DNA of 21,050 nucleotides from Deltaproteobacteria bacterium. GTDB lineage: Bacteria; Desulfobacterota; Syntrophorhabdia; Syntrophorhabdales; Syntrophorhabdaceae. A model generated the notes under the pieces. The model was given only the letters and a program-made list of their open reading frames with translations. It was not told the DNA's origin and did not search any database. Both the position numbers and the translations under genes were made by a program. The first letter of the stretch is position 1. The number at the start of each line of letters is the position of its first letter. The stretch is from NCBI GenBank assembly GCA_029559435.1, contig JAKQBZ010000046.1, forward strand, positions 1 to 21,050, read 5' to 3'. Positions 7,919 through 17,477 of the stretch are shown here, one piece after another.

Positions 7919-9451
7919 CTAAAAACCTGTCCTCGCGAAGAGTTTAGCGTATTCTGCCTGAGGCGCCTTTCCTTTTGCTATCTGCTCGTCCGAGAACCAC
8001 TTTTTCGGATCAACAACCTCGATCGGATATTTCGCCTTCTCGAAGGCATCCACGTATCTGAAAGGCACAGTGGCATCAAGCGCGATGGCGCCTGAAAATC
8101 TGATATTGGTCTGCGTCCAGTCCTTCTCGCCCGCCGAGCTTCTCTCTGCGGGCTGGAAGGTCTGCCCCGCACCTCCCGGCGACACGATCATGATGTCATC
8201 CTTGGCGTCGACGCGGGTGGCGATAGCCCACATCACATCGTCCATGCTGTAGATGTCGATGTCGGGATCAACAGCGATGGCAATCCGGGCTCCGATGGAG
8301 CAGGAAAGGGCGGTGGAGAGGATGTTCTTTACGAACCCTTCATCCCGCTGTCTGCGTTTCTTGACCTGGAATATCACGCCACCCCAGTCGGGGATTGCCA
8401 TAGGGATGTTGGTGTCTACGGTCAGCCCCGGGCAGACGCGCTCGGCCAGCTCGAGAAAGGTAGCGGTCCTCACCATGGTGTCGATGTTGTGGTCATCATA
8501 ACTGTGCACGCAGAGCGGATAGTAGATGGGGCGGTCCTTCCGGTGCGTAATGGCGGTTACCACAAATTTATAGGTGCGGTAGGCCTTACCCATGTACCCC
8601 GACCATTCGGGATGGAAGGGATAGACGCCTTGCTTTTGGTCGCGCTCGGCCAGCTCGCTCTCCCAGACCTTTTTTGTTGTGTCGAGATACCCTTCGATCA
8701 CGTATTCGGCCTGTGCGATCGAGTAGGCATCGATGGTCTTTGCCTTGACGATGTCAACGGGGAAACCCTGTACTGCCCCTGCGATCCCAAGCTCATCGCA
8801 TCCTGCCGGAAGGATCGTATAAACGAAGCCAGCGCCGGCCATCAGGGTACAGGCGGGCGGAACCCCCATGTTGATGGTCAGGGGTATGGGCTCCTTGCGG
8901 TAGAACTTTGACGCGATCATGTCGGTGTGAGAACCGGGTGAAATCTGGAAGGTGGAGAAATCAGGCCCACGGAAGAACATCCTGTTGTAGCTTATGTGGG
9001 TGCCTCCCCAGAACCATTTCCCCGTGGCGAGCGTGTTGCCCCCGCCCAAGGTCCTGCCCGGGTCAGAGGGAGTGTGCTTGATCATGGGAACGATAGGCCA
9101 GACATCGATGTTTTTGTCGATGACCACTTCCTGACAGGGCGCAGACTTTACCTCCTTCGGCGGGAGGGGTTTGCGGATGGCATCGAGGATCCTGAATTTG
9201 AAGGTCCTCTCAGTCCCCGCATCGAAAAGCTCGGCGATAAGGTTTCCGTCACCGTACAGGTTGGTGAAAAGTCTCCCGTTGGGATAACCTTTGACCTTGT
9301 TGAAGAGAATGGGGAGACCTCCGTCGAAATGCTTTTGAATACCTGTCATTTCCAGTTCCGGGTTGACCTCCACGTCTGTTTCCAGAAGTTTTCCCCTGGA
9401 CTTCAGGTGGTCGATGGTGGCCCTGAGGCTTGCTAAATAATTGTCAGCCAT
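7919..9451 (-). CDS. UbiD-family prFMN-dependent (de)carboxylase, divergent member
   Basis: The 510-aa product has an ATG preceded by AGGAGG 5 nt upstream. Its length and collinear pattern fit UbiD: the N-terminal region (LKSRGKLLETDVEVNPELEMTGIQK), the central DELGIAGAVQGFPVDIVKAKTIDAYSIAQAEYVIEGYL block (canonical DE..AGAL.G.P...V.....L.VPA.AE.V.EG) and a following PFHPEWSGY block in the position of the canonical GPFGE/D.TGYY. Confidence 0.8.
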   Translation of the reverse strand: MADNYLASLRATIDHLKSRGKLLETDVEVNPELEMTGIQKHFDGGLPILFNKVKGYPNGRLFTNLYGDGNLIAELFDAGTERTFKFRILDAIRKPLPPKEVKSAPCQEVVIDKNIDVWPIVPMIKHTPSDPGRTLGGGNTLATGKWFWGGTHISYNRMFFRGPDFSTFQISPGSHTDMIASKFYRKEPIPLTINMGVPPACTLMAGAGFVYTILPAGCDELGIAGAVQGFPVDIVKAKTIDAYSIAQAEYVIEGYLDTTKKVWESELAERDQKQGVYPFHPEWSGYMGKAYRTYKFVVTAITHRKDRPIYYPLCVHSYDDHNIDTMVRTATFLELAERVCPGLTVDTNIPMAIPDWGGVIFQVKKRRQRDEGFVKNILSTALSCSIGARIAIAVDPDIDIYSMDDVMWAIATRVDAKDDIMIVSPGGAGQTFQPAERSSAGEKDWTQTNIRFSGAIALDATVPFRYVDAFEKAKYPIEVVDPKKWFSDEQIAKGKAPQAEYAKLFARTGF

Positions 9452-9486
9452 AATAACCTCCTTTTTTTAAATTTTCGTTTGCATAA

Positions 9487-9513
9487 TAAACTAATAAACT
9501 GTTTAATAGTTTA
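9487..9513. promoter_or_regulatory. 27-bp near-perfect palindrome in the leader of the UbiD operon (candidate operator)
   Basis: TAAACTAATAAAC-T-GTTTAATAGTTTA has 13-bp arms with one mismatch and is centred on 9500. It lies between the candidate -10 (9522-9527) and the RBS (about 9457-9462). The region is very AT-rich, so a chance palindrome is possible. Confidence 0.35.
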
Positions 9514-9521
9514 ATAATTAT

Positions 9522-9550
9522 TTACTAACTTATTACAATTTTTTTGTCAA
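9522..9550 (-). promoter_or_regulatory. Candidate sigma70 promoter of the UbiD/ligase/TRAP/UbiX operon
   Basis: Minus strand reads TTGACA (9550-9545), a 17-nt spacer, then TAGTAA (9527-9522). The -35 is consensus but the -10 is weak. It sits in a roughly 150-bp stretch that is overwhelmingly A+T (9452-9600). Confidence 0.4.
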
Positions 9551-9633
9551 GAATTTTTTTATTTTATAAGAAAGTTTTTATAACATATCTTTATTATTGA
9601 CTATTTCAATTCCTCCCCATATGTTGCCACGCC

Positions 9634-9701
9634 CGTTTCCGATTGTATAAGTATCGCCTTCGGGCGGACGTCGTTTCGGATTGAAATATCGTTTCAGGTT
9701 G
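9634..9701. repeat. Three direct copies of a 12-mer CGTTTC-N-G-R-TTG upstream of the UbiD operon promoter
   Basis: cgtttccgattg at 9634-9645, cgtttcggattg at 9672-9683 and cgtttcaggttg at 9690-9701, with spacing of 38 and 18 bp. They lie between the typA stop (9755) and the AT-rich promoter region. Confidence 0.5.
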
Positions 9702-9754
9702 TGTGGTAGGATCTAAGTCGGATTATTATCTGAAAAAGGACAGGTCCATATTGT

Positions 9755-11569
9755 TCAGGCGGCGGCGATCTTTGCCCTTTTCCGCTCGATACCGTCGAGG
9801 ATCACTTTGCGGAGCCGTATCGATCTGGGAGTGATCTCTACGAGCTCGTCGTCGTTGATGTAGGAGATGCACTCTTCGAGGCTCATATTGGTATAAGGCG
9901 TGAGGATGACCGCGTCATCGGAGCCGGCGGCCCTCATGTTGGTCAGCTTCTTCCCCTTGGCAGGGTTGACGATGATATCCGTTTCCCTTGAGTGCTCGCC
10001 GATGATCTGTCCTGTGTAGACCTTTTCTCCCGGCCCGAGAAAGAGCTTGCCTCTCTCCTGGAGGTTGAAAAGGGCGTAGGCAACCGTTGTGCATTGATCC
10101 ATGGCGATAAGGACGCCTTTTGTCCTGTTCCTGATCTCTCCCGCATATTCGTCGAAGCCCAGGAACACGTAGTTCATCACGCCCATGCCGCGCGTTTCGG
10201 TGAGGAACTCGGAGCGGAACCCGAGAAGCCCCCTGGTGGGCACCTTGTATTTGAGCCGTGCCATCCCGTTATCCTGGCGCATGTCAAGGAGGACGCCCTT
10301 TCTTCCGCCCAGATTTTCGATGACCCTGCCCATGTAGTTCTCGTCTACATCGACCGTCAGCTCTTCATAGGGCTCGAGCCTTCTGCCGCCCTCTTCCCTG
10401 AATATCGCCTGCGGCCTTGTGACCTGGAACTCGTATCCTTCGCGCCTCATCTTTTCGATCAGGATAGAAAGATGGAGCTCCCCTCTGCCCGAGACCTTGT
10501 ATCCCTGGGCATCTTCAAGCTCTTCGACGATAAGCGCCACATCGGAGAGGGTTTCCCTGAACAGCCTGTCCCTTAAATGCCTGGAGGTGACGAACCTGCC
10601 TTCCTTGCCGTAGAAAGGCGAATCATTGGGGACAAAGCTCATGGATACGGTCGGCGGGTCTACCTTGATGCCCTCAAGGGGCACGGGGTTTAAAGGATCG
10701 GTCAATGTCTCGCCGATGGTAATGGACTCCATGCCGGCTACCGCCACGATCTCGCCAACGCCCGCCTCTTCCGTTTCGGTCTTCTCGTTCCCCCTGAAGC
10801 GGTAGATCTTCCGTATCCTGGCAGGGCGTACAGGGGCGCCGGGCGTTGCAACGACAACCTCTTTGTCGATATGGAGCCTGCCGGAGGTTATCTTTCCTGT
10901 TGCAAGCCTGCCCAGAAAGGTGGAGTAGCTGAGAGAGCTCACGAGCATCTGCAAAGGCCCGTCCGGATCTCCAACCGGGGCAGGGATCGCCCCGATGATC
11001 ATGTCGAACAGGGGCTCCATAGAACCTTCTTTTATATTGTGGTCAAGGGCGGCGTATCCATCCCTTGCGGAGGCGTAGATTACCGGGAAATCAAGGATAT
11101 GGTCAGGGGCGCCAAGCCTTGCAAAGAGGTCAAAGACCTCGTTGACCACCCAGTCGCACCGCGCTGCAGGCTTGTCGATCTTGTTCACCACCACGATCAC
11201 GGGAAGATCCAATGCAAGGGCCTTTTTCAGAACGAAGTAGGTCTGCGGCATGGGCCCTTCGGCGGCATCTACGAGGAGAAGCGCGCCGTCGGCCATCTTC
11301 AGGACCCGCTCTACCTGGCCCCCGAAATCGGCATGGCCAGGGGTGTCGATAATATTGACAAGATGATCTTTGTACATGAATGAGCCGTTCTTGGAGGCGA
11401 TGGTAATGCCGCGCTCCCGCTCGAGGTCCATCGAGTCCATGAGGCGCTCCTCGACGACCTGGTTGTCGCGGAACAGCCCGCTTTGCCTGAACAACTGGTC
11501 AACAAGCGTTGTCTTGCCGTGATCGACGTGTGCAATAATTGCAATATTTCTTATTCTGCCCTGTTCCAT
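9755..11569 (-). CDS. typA: Translational GTPase TypA/BipA
   Basis: The 604-aa product has an unmistakable N-terminus, [22 protein letters not shown] (G1). It also carries [12 protein letters not shown]-type G3 ([18 protein letters not shown]), NKIDK G4 and the TypA-specific C-terminal domain. Confidence 0.97.
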   Translation of the reverse strand: MEQGRIRNIAIIAHVDHGKTTLVDQLFRQSGLFRDNQVVEERLMDSMDLERERGITIASKNGSFMYKDHLVNIIDTPGHADFGGQVERVLKMADGALLLVDAAEGPMPQTYFVLKKALALDLPVIVVVNKIDKPAARCDWVVNEVFDLFARLGAPDHILDFPVIYASARDGYAALDHNIKEGSMEPLFDMIIGAIPAPVGDPDGPLQMLVSSLSYSTFLGRLATGKITSGRLHIDKEVVVATPGAPVRPARIRKIYRFRGNEKTETEEAGVGEIVAVAGMESITIGETLTDPLNPVPLEGIKVDPPTVSMSFVPNDSPFYGKEGRFVTSRHLRDRLFRETLSDVALIVEELEDAQGYKVSGRGELHLSILIEKMRREGYEFQVTRPQAIFREEGGRRLEPYEELTVDVDENYMGRVIENLGGRKGVLLDMRQDNGMARLKYKVPTRGLLGFRSEFLTETRGMGVMNYVFLGFDEYAGEIRNRTKGVLIAMDQCTTVAYALFNLQERGKLFLGPGEKVYTGQIIGEHSRETDIIVNPAKGKKLTNMRAAGSDDAVILTPYTNMSLEECISYINDDELVEITPRSIRLRKVILDGIERKRAKIAAA

Positions 11570-11602
11570 GTTCCCTTCAATTACCGGGGCTTACGTCGCC
11601 CC

Positions 11603-11625
11603 CTCTTCGGGCAAAGCCCGAAGAG
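11603..11625 (-). promoter_or_regulatory. Perfect 10-bp hairpin in the typA upstream region
   Basis: Minus strand reads CTCTTCGGGC-TTT-GCCCGAAGAG, immediately followed by a second hairpin GGGGC-gacgtaa-GCCCC (about 11585-11601) and then the RBS-like GAAGGGA. No U-run follows, so it is not a canonical terminator. Confidence 0.45.
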
Positions 11626-11848
11626 ACTTCCCCTCGCGCCCAAGAATGGGCTACCAAATATTTACAACTTTGTTGCCTTCGTCGTCATCGCCTCGACGTA
11701 CCTAAATGTACGCCTCCTCCTTGTCGCCTCGCTCTATTTTTGAATGCAACTCGGTATAAATGTGCCGATGATACAGCGATAGGGTACGAAATTGCAGCAA
11801 TTACATAACATGGAAAGGCATAAAAAGCAACAGAAAGAAGGGCGGGCT

Positions 11849-14800
11849 TTAGCTGTCGAGAAGCTCCCTCACCTTTTTGAGAAGCTCATCCGGCTTGAGG
11901 GGCTTCAGGATAAGGTCGACGCCTTCCTCGGGTATACCTTTTTCCTCGATGATGTCATAGGTATAACCGCTCATAAAGAGGACTTTCAGGGAAGGCTGCT
12001 GTTTCTTTAACGCATCGAGCGTCTCTTTCCCGTTCATCCTTGGCATGATCACATCGAGGATCACCATGTCCACTGCCTGTTCGGAGAATATGCGGATCGC
12101 TTCAAGGCCATCTTCCGCCGTGATAACGGTATAGCCATTTTCCATCAAAACCATACTGATAAGGTTTCTTACCTCCTTGTTGTCTTCTGCTATGAGGATC
12201 TTCTCGGTTCCCTTTAAGGCGGCCTCGCTGCGCTGGCCCCCTTTTGCTTCAAGGCTCTGAGTGATAAGCGGCAGGTAGATGAAGAACGAGGTGCCCTTGC
12301 CCGGTTCACTTTTTACATCGATATAGCCGTCGTGCTGGTCAATGATCCCATAAACCAGGGAAAGCCCGAGCCCGGTACCCTTACCCACTGCCTTGGTGGT
12401 GAAAAAAGGCTCAAAGATCTTCGGCAGGACATGCTCGTCTATCCCCGTCCCTGTATCGGATACCATGATCTGCGCGTATTTCCCGGGCTTTCCAAAGCCA
12501 TGGATACCGACAAACTTGTCGTCCATGGTAAAGCGGGAAGTGTATATCGAGATAATGCCTCCCATCGACATTGCGTCGCGCGCATTGGTCACAAGGTTCA
12601 TGACAACCTGACCGATCTGGTTCACATCCCCGAGAACGACCAGCCTTTCATGCGTGAGATGGGTCTTGAGGTCAATGTCCTCTGTAAGCAGCCGCACGAG
12701 GAGCTTCTGAATGTTGGCGATAGCATCGTTCAATAAAAATGGTTTCATAGTGATCTGTTGTTTCCTGCTGAAGGCGAGGAGGCTTTGCGTGAGCTGGGCA
12801 GCTCTTTCCGATGAGGTAAGGATCTGGGAGATATAAGAAGATAGGGGGCTGTCCCTGTCTATTTTAAGCTGCAGAAGGCTTGCATATCCCATGATTGCGC
12901 TGAGGATGTTGTTGAAGTCGTGGGCAACCCCGCCGGCAAGGGTGCCGACGGCCTCCATCTTCTGCGCCTGTAAGAGCTGGGACTCAAGCTGCTTTCTTCC
13001 CGTTACGTCTGACGCGGTGAGGATATATGCATTGCTGCCCGTCCGGGAAACCTGCAGAAAGATATCCCTTATTGCGCCGTCTTTTCGCACCCATTTTGTC
13101 TCTGCCTGCCCTTTACGATACAGGACATCGCCGACACGGTTGAACTCTTCTTCGTCTGCGTAGAGGAAACGCGTGCTTTGTCCTTGCAGCTCGTTCTCGC
13201 CATACCCGGTGATCCTGCACATGTATTCATTGAACCATTCAAGAAACCTGTCCCTGATGCGGCATATGCCGATCGGCGATGCCTGGAGGATCGCCCGCTG
13301 CGCCTGCTCCGATTCAAGGACCTTCTTCTCGGACTGCTTCCGCTCGGTGATATCCTGCAGCGTGCCGGCCACATAAGAACGGCCCCCTTCAAGAACAGGG
13401 GCGAGGCCGCGTACCTCTGCCCACAGTTCTTTGCCTGTATCGGTGATCACCTCTGCCTCGATAACGAACGTTTCTCCCGTCGCCAGGCAGTTGGTGACCC
13501 TGTCCCTGATTAAAGGGATATACCGGGGCGGGAAGTATTTAGATCCCTCTGCAAACCCCGGCCGGTAGTCCCTCGGCGCCTCGATGATCTCGTATATGCC
13601 TTCTGTCCACTCAAGATAATCCGTATGCGGGTTTGCCTTCCAGCCGCCGAGGCGCGCGATGGACTGGGTCTGCTTCAGGAACAGCTCGCTTGCCGTAAGC
13701 TCGGCCTCGGCCCTCTTGCGTTTGGTAATGTCTTCATTGGTGCCTTCATAGAATATGATCTTTCCGGAATTGTCCCTGACCGCCCGCGTATTTGAAGATA
13801 TCCAGATGATGGAGCCGCCCTTGCGATATACCTGATGCTCGAAGTCCTCATCAACGCCATGGGCTTCCATCCTTTCCATAAAGGCCCTGCGTTCTTCCGG
13901 GTAGACATAAAATTGAGGCCCGAGGTCGGTGATGCTCTCTACCATCTCTTCAGGAGTTGCATATCCGCACATCTTCGCCATTGCGGGGTTAACGCTGAGA
14001 AACCGGCCCTCCGGCGTGCTCTGAAAAAAACCTTCAACGGCATTTTCAAAGATGTTCCGGTATCTCATCTCGGAGATCTGCAGCATCTCCTCTGTCTTTT
14101 TACGTTCGGTGATGTCTTGAATCGACGTTATAACGAAATCCACAGACCGGTCGGGGTTGCGGGAACACGATGCGGCAATATGGACATAGACAATGCCGCC
14201 GTCTTTGCGGAAGAACCGCTTATCCATCTCATAGGCATCGATCTCGCCTTGGAGCATCATGTTGAATTGGGCAAGATTGGGTTCCATGTCATCGGGGTGT
14301 GTCATCTCTGTCCAGGTCTTCCGTAAAAGCTCCTCTTCAGTGTAACCGAACATCTCGCAAAGCCTCTTGTTTACCCTGAGCCAGCATTTTTCAACTGATG
14401 TGATGGCGATGCCGATGTTGCCAAACTCGAACTGGGAACGGAAAAGGGCCTCACTTTCCTGCAGCGCCCGTTCCGCCTGTTTACGCTTTGTGATATCGCG
14501 GATAATGCCTTCTGTACCGAGGAAATTGCCTGCATCGTCGTAATAGAAATGCGTGGTAAAGGATGCGTAGAAAGGCGTACCGTCCTTTTTCTTTATCATC
14601 CCTTCAAAATCCTGTACCTTGCCACGCTTGCTGATCTCTCCTATCAGCCGTTCCCTGTCCTCAGGGTATACCCAGAAGCTGTCAAGGGACAGGCCGATCA
14701 TCTCCTCGACGGAGCCGTAGCCAAAAAGCGCCGCACCTGACGGGCTGCCCATCAATAGCCTGCCGTCCTTGTCAGACCGGTAGAATACATCCTGGATATT

Positions 14801-17317
14801 ATCGATCACGCTCCGGTACATCTGTTCGCTTTCTCTTCGCGCCTCGTCGGCGCGCTTGCGGCTGATGAGCCCCCACATCCCCTGCATGAGCAATGTGAGC
14901 TGCTGCACGTCGGATTCGTCATATTCAGCGGGCTTGTTCCCTACGCCGGCCAGAAGGACTATCCTGTTGCCTTCGAATATGGGTACATTCATGTGCCGGG
15001 CCAGCTTGACGTGCCCTTCGGGATATCCCTTTTTCAGCGGGCTCGGCGCATGATAGTCGTTGGTAATGACAGGGCGCCGCTGGCGTACCGCCTCTCCCCA
15101 GAGCCCGGTCTTATGCACGGGGTATATGATCGGCTTATCGGTGATGGCGCATTCGCCCATTGCGACTACAGACCAGGAATACATGGTAAGCGTCGTTTCG
15201 TTCTCATCGAGAAAAGCAATGTAGCCGACGGTGCTTTTTGTCAGCCTTACCGCCTCCTCTAATGCAAAATCGGTGATCTCATGGGTGTCCGAGCTGACCA
15301 TCTGGTTTAGCCTGAGTACCGCCTCGAGGCGCTCTTTGTTGAGCCGCAGGTCATCCTCTGTCTTTTTGCGTTCCGAGATATCGATGATGACCCCCCGGAA
15401 TCCTGCAAAATTGCCGTTTCGGAATACGGGGGCGCTGTAGGCGATGACAGGTATACGGGTACCGTCATTACGCACCATCGTGTATTCAGTGCCATGAGAT
15501 GAACCCTCTTTAATGATCTGTTTAAAACTATGGAGAACCCTTGAGCGTTCCTCCTCGGGGAATAATGTAAAAATATCAAAGTCCTGGTGAATGTCTTCCT
15601 GTGCATAACCGAGCATCCTCTTCGCTTCCCTATTGAAGAAGGTCAGGCGATAGTCTGCATCTATCTCATAAATGATCTGCGGGGTCAATTGGGCAATATC
15701 CCTGAATTTTTTTTCGCTTTCCCTTAATGCCTCTTCCGCCTTTTTGTGCTCAGCAATATTGCGTTGCACCCCCCAGACCTTCGTGAGAAGGCCATGCTCC
15801 ACAACGCCAAAATAGCTTTCTACGATATGAACAGGACGTCCGTCGGCTGCCAGTTCAATTTCCTCGCGGTCTATGACCCTGCAACCTTCCGTTTGCAGCA
15901 GGTCGGCCATCTGGGCGCCGCAATTGGGTGCGAAATTTCTTACCGGGCGCCCAACCATCTCTTCCGGTCGCAGGCCATACATGGCGGACAGGGCCTCATT
16001 TGCTTCCCCTGTAATGGCACGGTCCGCGATCTGTTCCTGAAGGACCTCATAGGGCTGATCAACGGGTACGGGAGGTATAATGTCAATTCGGAATATGCCC
16101 TCGCTTGCATTGGCGATAAAGTTCCTGTACCGCTCCTCGCTCTCCAGAAGCGCCGCTTCCGATCGTTTCTGCTCGGTGATGTCCAACAGGACACCATTAA
16201 ATATTGTCTCCTTTTCCTGCCTGTGAGGGATCGAGTTTCCCCTGAACCACATGATCTCTCCCGAAGGCTTTTGAAGCTTGCCTTCGAATTGCCACTCGCT
16301 TATGGTACGGATGGCGTTGTCGTTCGACGCTAAAAAGCTCTCCTTGTATTCCGGCAGGACCAGCTCGGTAAAACGTTCAAAAAAACCATCGGGTTCGGGG
16401 CTGATGCCGAACAATTTCATCGATTGACCGCTGATATAATATAATCCAATATCCCCATTGTCCCTGGCGTAGAACTGATAGACGACACCGGGAATATTTG
16501 AAGAAACCTCCCGCATCTTTTGTTCGCTTCTTTGCAGTACCTCCTCAACATGCTTGAGCCGGCTGATGTCTGTCATCAGAACGAGGACCGCGGGCCTGTC
16601 ATCCCAGGAGATGGGGATGGAGCTCGTTTGCATCCAGCGTATTTTGCCCATCGTGTCTACAATGCGCATAGAATAATTATGAGGAGCAAGGTCTCCCTCA
16701 AGCCTCTTCCTGTAATAATCCATCACGACAGGAAGATCTTCTTTGTAGATAAAATCGAAGAAGGGTTTTTGTGCAAATTCATCCATTGACATGGAGGCAT
16801 CGTGCAGCATCTTCGGGTTTGCATATGCTACCTTCCCGTCCTGGATCACCATTATGAATTCATTCACCCCTTCGACAAGGGCGCGGTACCGCTCTTCCGA
16901 TGCCTTGAGCGCCTTTTCCGTCATCTTCTGTTCCGGGATATCGGCAGGGGTGCCGTGCTGGAATGCATGTTCGGTCAGTTGTGTTCTGGCAGCAGACAGG
17001 ATGTCCCAAAGGGAGACGGCTATCTTGACGTTTTTCACGTGGGGCTTTATCGCAGCTTCGAGCGCCGACAGGGTCTCCAGCGTCTGCTTTATCAGCTCCT
17101 GCGCAGCAGGCCCTTTCAGCAGGTTCTTTATGTGGCGCACGAAGCTGTTCTTTGTGCGGCCGGACAGGTCGGCAAAGAGGGGATCAAGAAATCTGCGGGC
17201 AATACGGAGCCTCTCTTTTTCCGGCAGCCCTTTATATGGATGGATGCCCCGGAGTTTTTCCTGAAACTTGCCCTTGATCGTGTTCTGCAGCCGGATAAGA
17301 GGATCTGGTTCTTCCAC
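11849..17317 (-). CDS. Soluble multi-PAS/GAF hybrid sensor histidine kinase with C-terminal receiver domain
   Basis: The 1822-aa product has no hydrophobic segments. About nine PAS-like modules are each introduced by a coiled linker of the type SE(E/Q)xYR (for example [72 protein letters not shown]). One GAF domain lies at roughly nt 14850-15330. In HisKA ([17 protein letters not shown]) the phospho-accepting His1466 codon is at 12920-12922. HATPase_c motifs are [16 protein letters not shown] and GKGTGLGLS. In the receiver domain ([11 protein letters not shown]...[10 protein letters not shown]) the Asp1755 codon is at 12053-12055. The start is a GTG with GGGGG 6 nt upstream. Confidence 0.9.
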   Translation of the reverse strand: MEEPDPLIRLQNTIKGKFQEKLRGIHPYKGLPEKERLRIARRFLDPLFADLSGRTKNSFVRHIKNLLKGPAAQELIKQTLETLSALEAAIKPHVKNVKIAVSLWDILSAARTQLTEHAFQHGTPADIPEQKMTEKALKASEERYRALVEGVNEFIMVIQDGKVAYANPKMLHDASMSMDEFAQKPFFDFIYKEDLPVVMDYYRKRLEGDLAPHNYSMRIVDTMGKIRWMQTSSIPISWDDRPAVLVLMTDISRLKHVEEVLQRSEQKMREVSSNIPGVVYQFYARDNGDIGLYYISGQSMKLFGISPEPDGFFERFTELVLPEYKESFLASNDNAIRTISEWQFEGKLQKPSGEIMWFRGNSIPHRQEKETIFNGVLLDITEQKRSEAALLESEERYRNFIANASEGIFRIDIIPPVPVDQPYEVLQEQIADRAITGEANEALSAMYGLRPEEMVGRPVRNFAPNCGAQMADLLQTEGCRVIDREEIELAADGRPVHIVESYFGVVEHGLLTKVWGVQRNIAEHKKAEEALRESEKKFRDIAQLTPQIIYEIDADYRLTFFNREAKRMLGYAQEDIHQDFDIFTLFPEEERSRVLHSFKQIIKEGSSHGTEYTMVRNDGTRIPVIAYSAPVFRNGNFAGFRGVIIDISERKKTEDDLRLNKERLEAVLRLNQMVSSDTHEITDFALEEAVRLTKSTVGYIAFLDENETTLTMYSWSVVAMGECAITDKPIIYPVHKTGLWGEAVRQRRPVITNDYHAPSPLKKGYPEGHVKLARHMNVPIFEGNRIVLLAGVGNKPAEYDESDVQQLTLLMQGMWGLISRKRADEARRESEQMYRSVIDNIQDVFYRSDKDGRLLMGSPSGAALFGYGSVEEMIGLSLDSFWVYPEDRERLIGEISKRGKVQDFEGMIKKKDGTPFYASFTTHFYYDDAGNFLGTEGIIRDITKRKQAERALQESEALFRSQFEFGNIGIAITSVEKCWLRVNKRLCEMFGYTEEELLRKTWTEMTHPDDMEPNLAQFNMMLQGEIDAYEMDKRFFRKDGGIVYVHIAASCSRNPDRSVDFVITSIQDITERKKTEEMLQISEMRYRNIFENAVEGFFQSTPEGRFLSVNPAMAKMCGYATPEEMVESITDLGPQFYVYPEERRAFMERMEAHGVDEDFEHQVYRKGGSIIWISSNTRAVRDNSGKIIFYEGTNEDITKRKRAEAELTASELFLKQTQSIARLGGWKANPHTDYLEWTEGIYEIIEAPRDYRPGFAEGSKYFPPRYIPLIRDRVTNCLATGETFVIEAEVITDTGKELWAEVRGLAPVLEGGRSYVAGTLQDITERKQSEKKVLESEQAQRAILQASPIGICRIRDRFLEWFNEYMCRITGYGENELQGQSTRFLYADEEEFNRVGDVLYRKGQAETKWVRKDGAIRDIFLQVSRTGSNAYILTASDVTGRKQLESQLLQAQKMEAVGTLAGGVAHDFNNILSAIMGYASLLQLKIDRDSPLSSYISQILTSSERAAQLTQSLLAFSRKQQITMKPFLLNDAIANIQKLLVRLLTEDIDLKTHLTHERLVVLGDVNQIGQVVMNLVTNARDAMSMGGIISIYTSRFTMDDKFVGIHGFGKPGKYAQIMVSDTGTGIDEHVLPKIFEPFFTTKAVGKGTGLGLSLVYGIIDQHDGYIDVKSEPGKGTSFFIYLPLITQSLEAKGGQRSEAALKGTEKILIAEDNKEVRNLISMVLMENGYTVITAEDGLEAIRIFSEQAVDMVILDVIMPRMNGKETLDALKKQQPSLKVLFMSGYTYDIIEEKGIPEEGVDLILKPLKPDELLKKVRELLDS

Positions 17318-17394
17318 GGCGTACCCCCGGAGGCATTATGTTCGTTGCGTCATGCAGCTTGTTGAATATTCTCTAACCGTACACCATATTTCTG

Positions 17395-17423
17395 TTAATA
17401 GCCCTAAATGTTTATTCTGTCAA
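17395..17423 (-). promoter_or_regulatory. Candidate sigma70 promoter of the histidine kinase gene
   Basis: Minus strand reads TTGACA (17423-17418), a 17-nt spacer, then TATTAA (17400-17395), about 75 nt upstream of the GTG at 17317. Confidence 0.5.
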
Positions 17424-17477
17424 TCGCTATATGGGGCTGCCCCCGCAAACACGCCCATTGCTTATCTGACGTAATGC

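Noticed and set aside
9618-9640. Possible sigma54 promoter (minus-strand TGGCAA at about 9624-9629) upstream of the UbiD operon
   Set aside because: The GG element is present, but there is no GC dinucleotide at the required 10-nt spacing (TGGCAACATATGGGG). No enhancer-binding protein gene is nearby.
9655-9668. Small CGCC-TTCG-GGCG hairpin and a GGAC/GTCC element after the typA stop as a typA terminator
   Set aside because: The stems are only 4 bp and no convincing U-tract follows. The evidence is insufficient to annotate a terminator, so typA termination remains undefined.
11734-11811. 25-aa Cys-rich micro-ORF on the minus strand just after the kinase stop (MLCNCCNFVPYRCIIGTFIPSCIQK, 5 Cys)
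   Set aside because: It is eye-catching, but it has no Shine-Dalgarno and no evidence of conservation, and it is short enough to arise by chance. It would only be worth revisiting if ribosome profiling or homologous micro-ORFs turn up.
12332-17365. Multiple plus-strand ORFs of 60-195 aa inside the histidine kinase gene (for example 15746-16333, 16791-17264, 16802-17365, 13835-14326)
   Set aside because: All are antisense shadows of a continuous 1822-aa ORF with clear PAS/GAF/HisKA/HATPase/REC motifs. None shows family resemblance or a translation signal.
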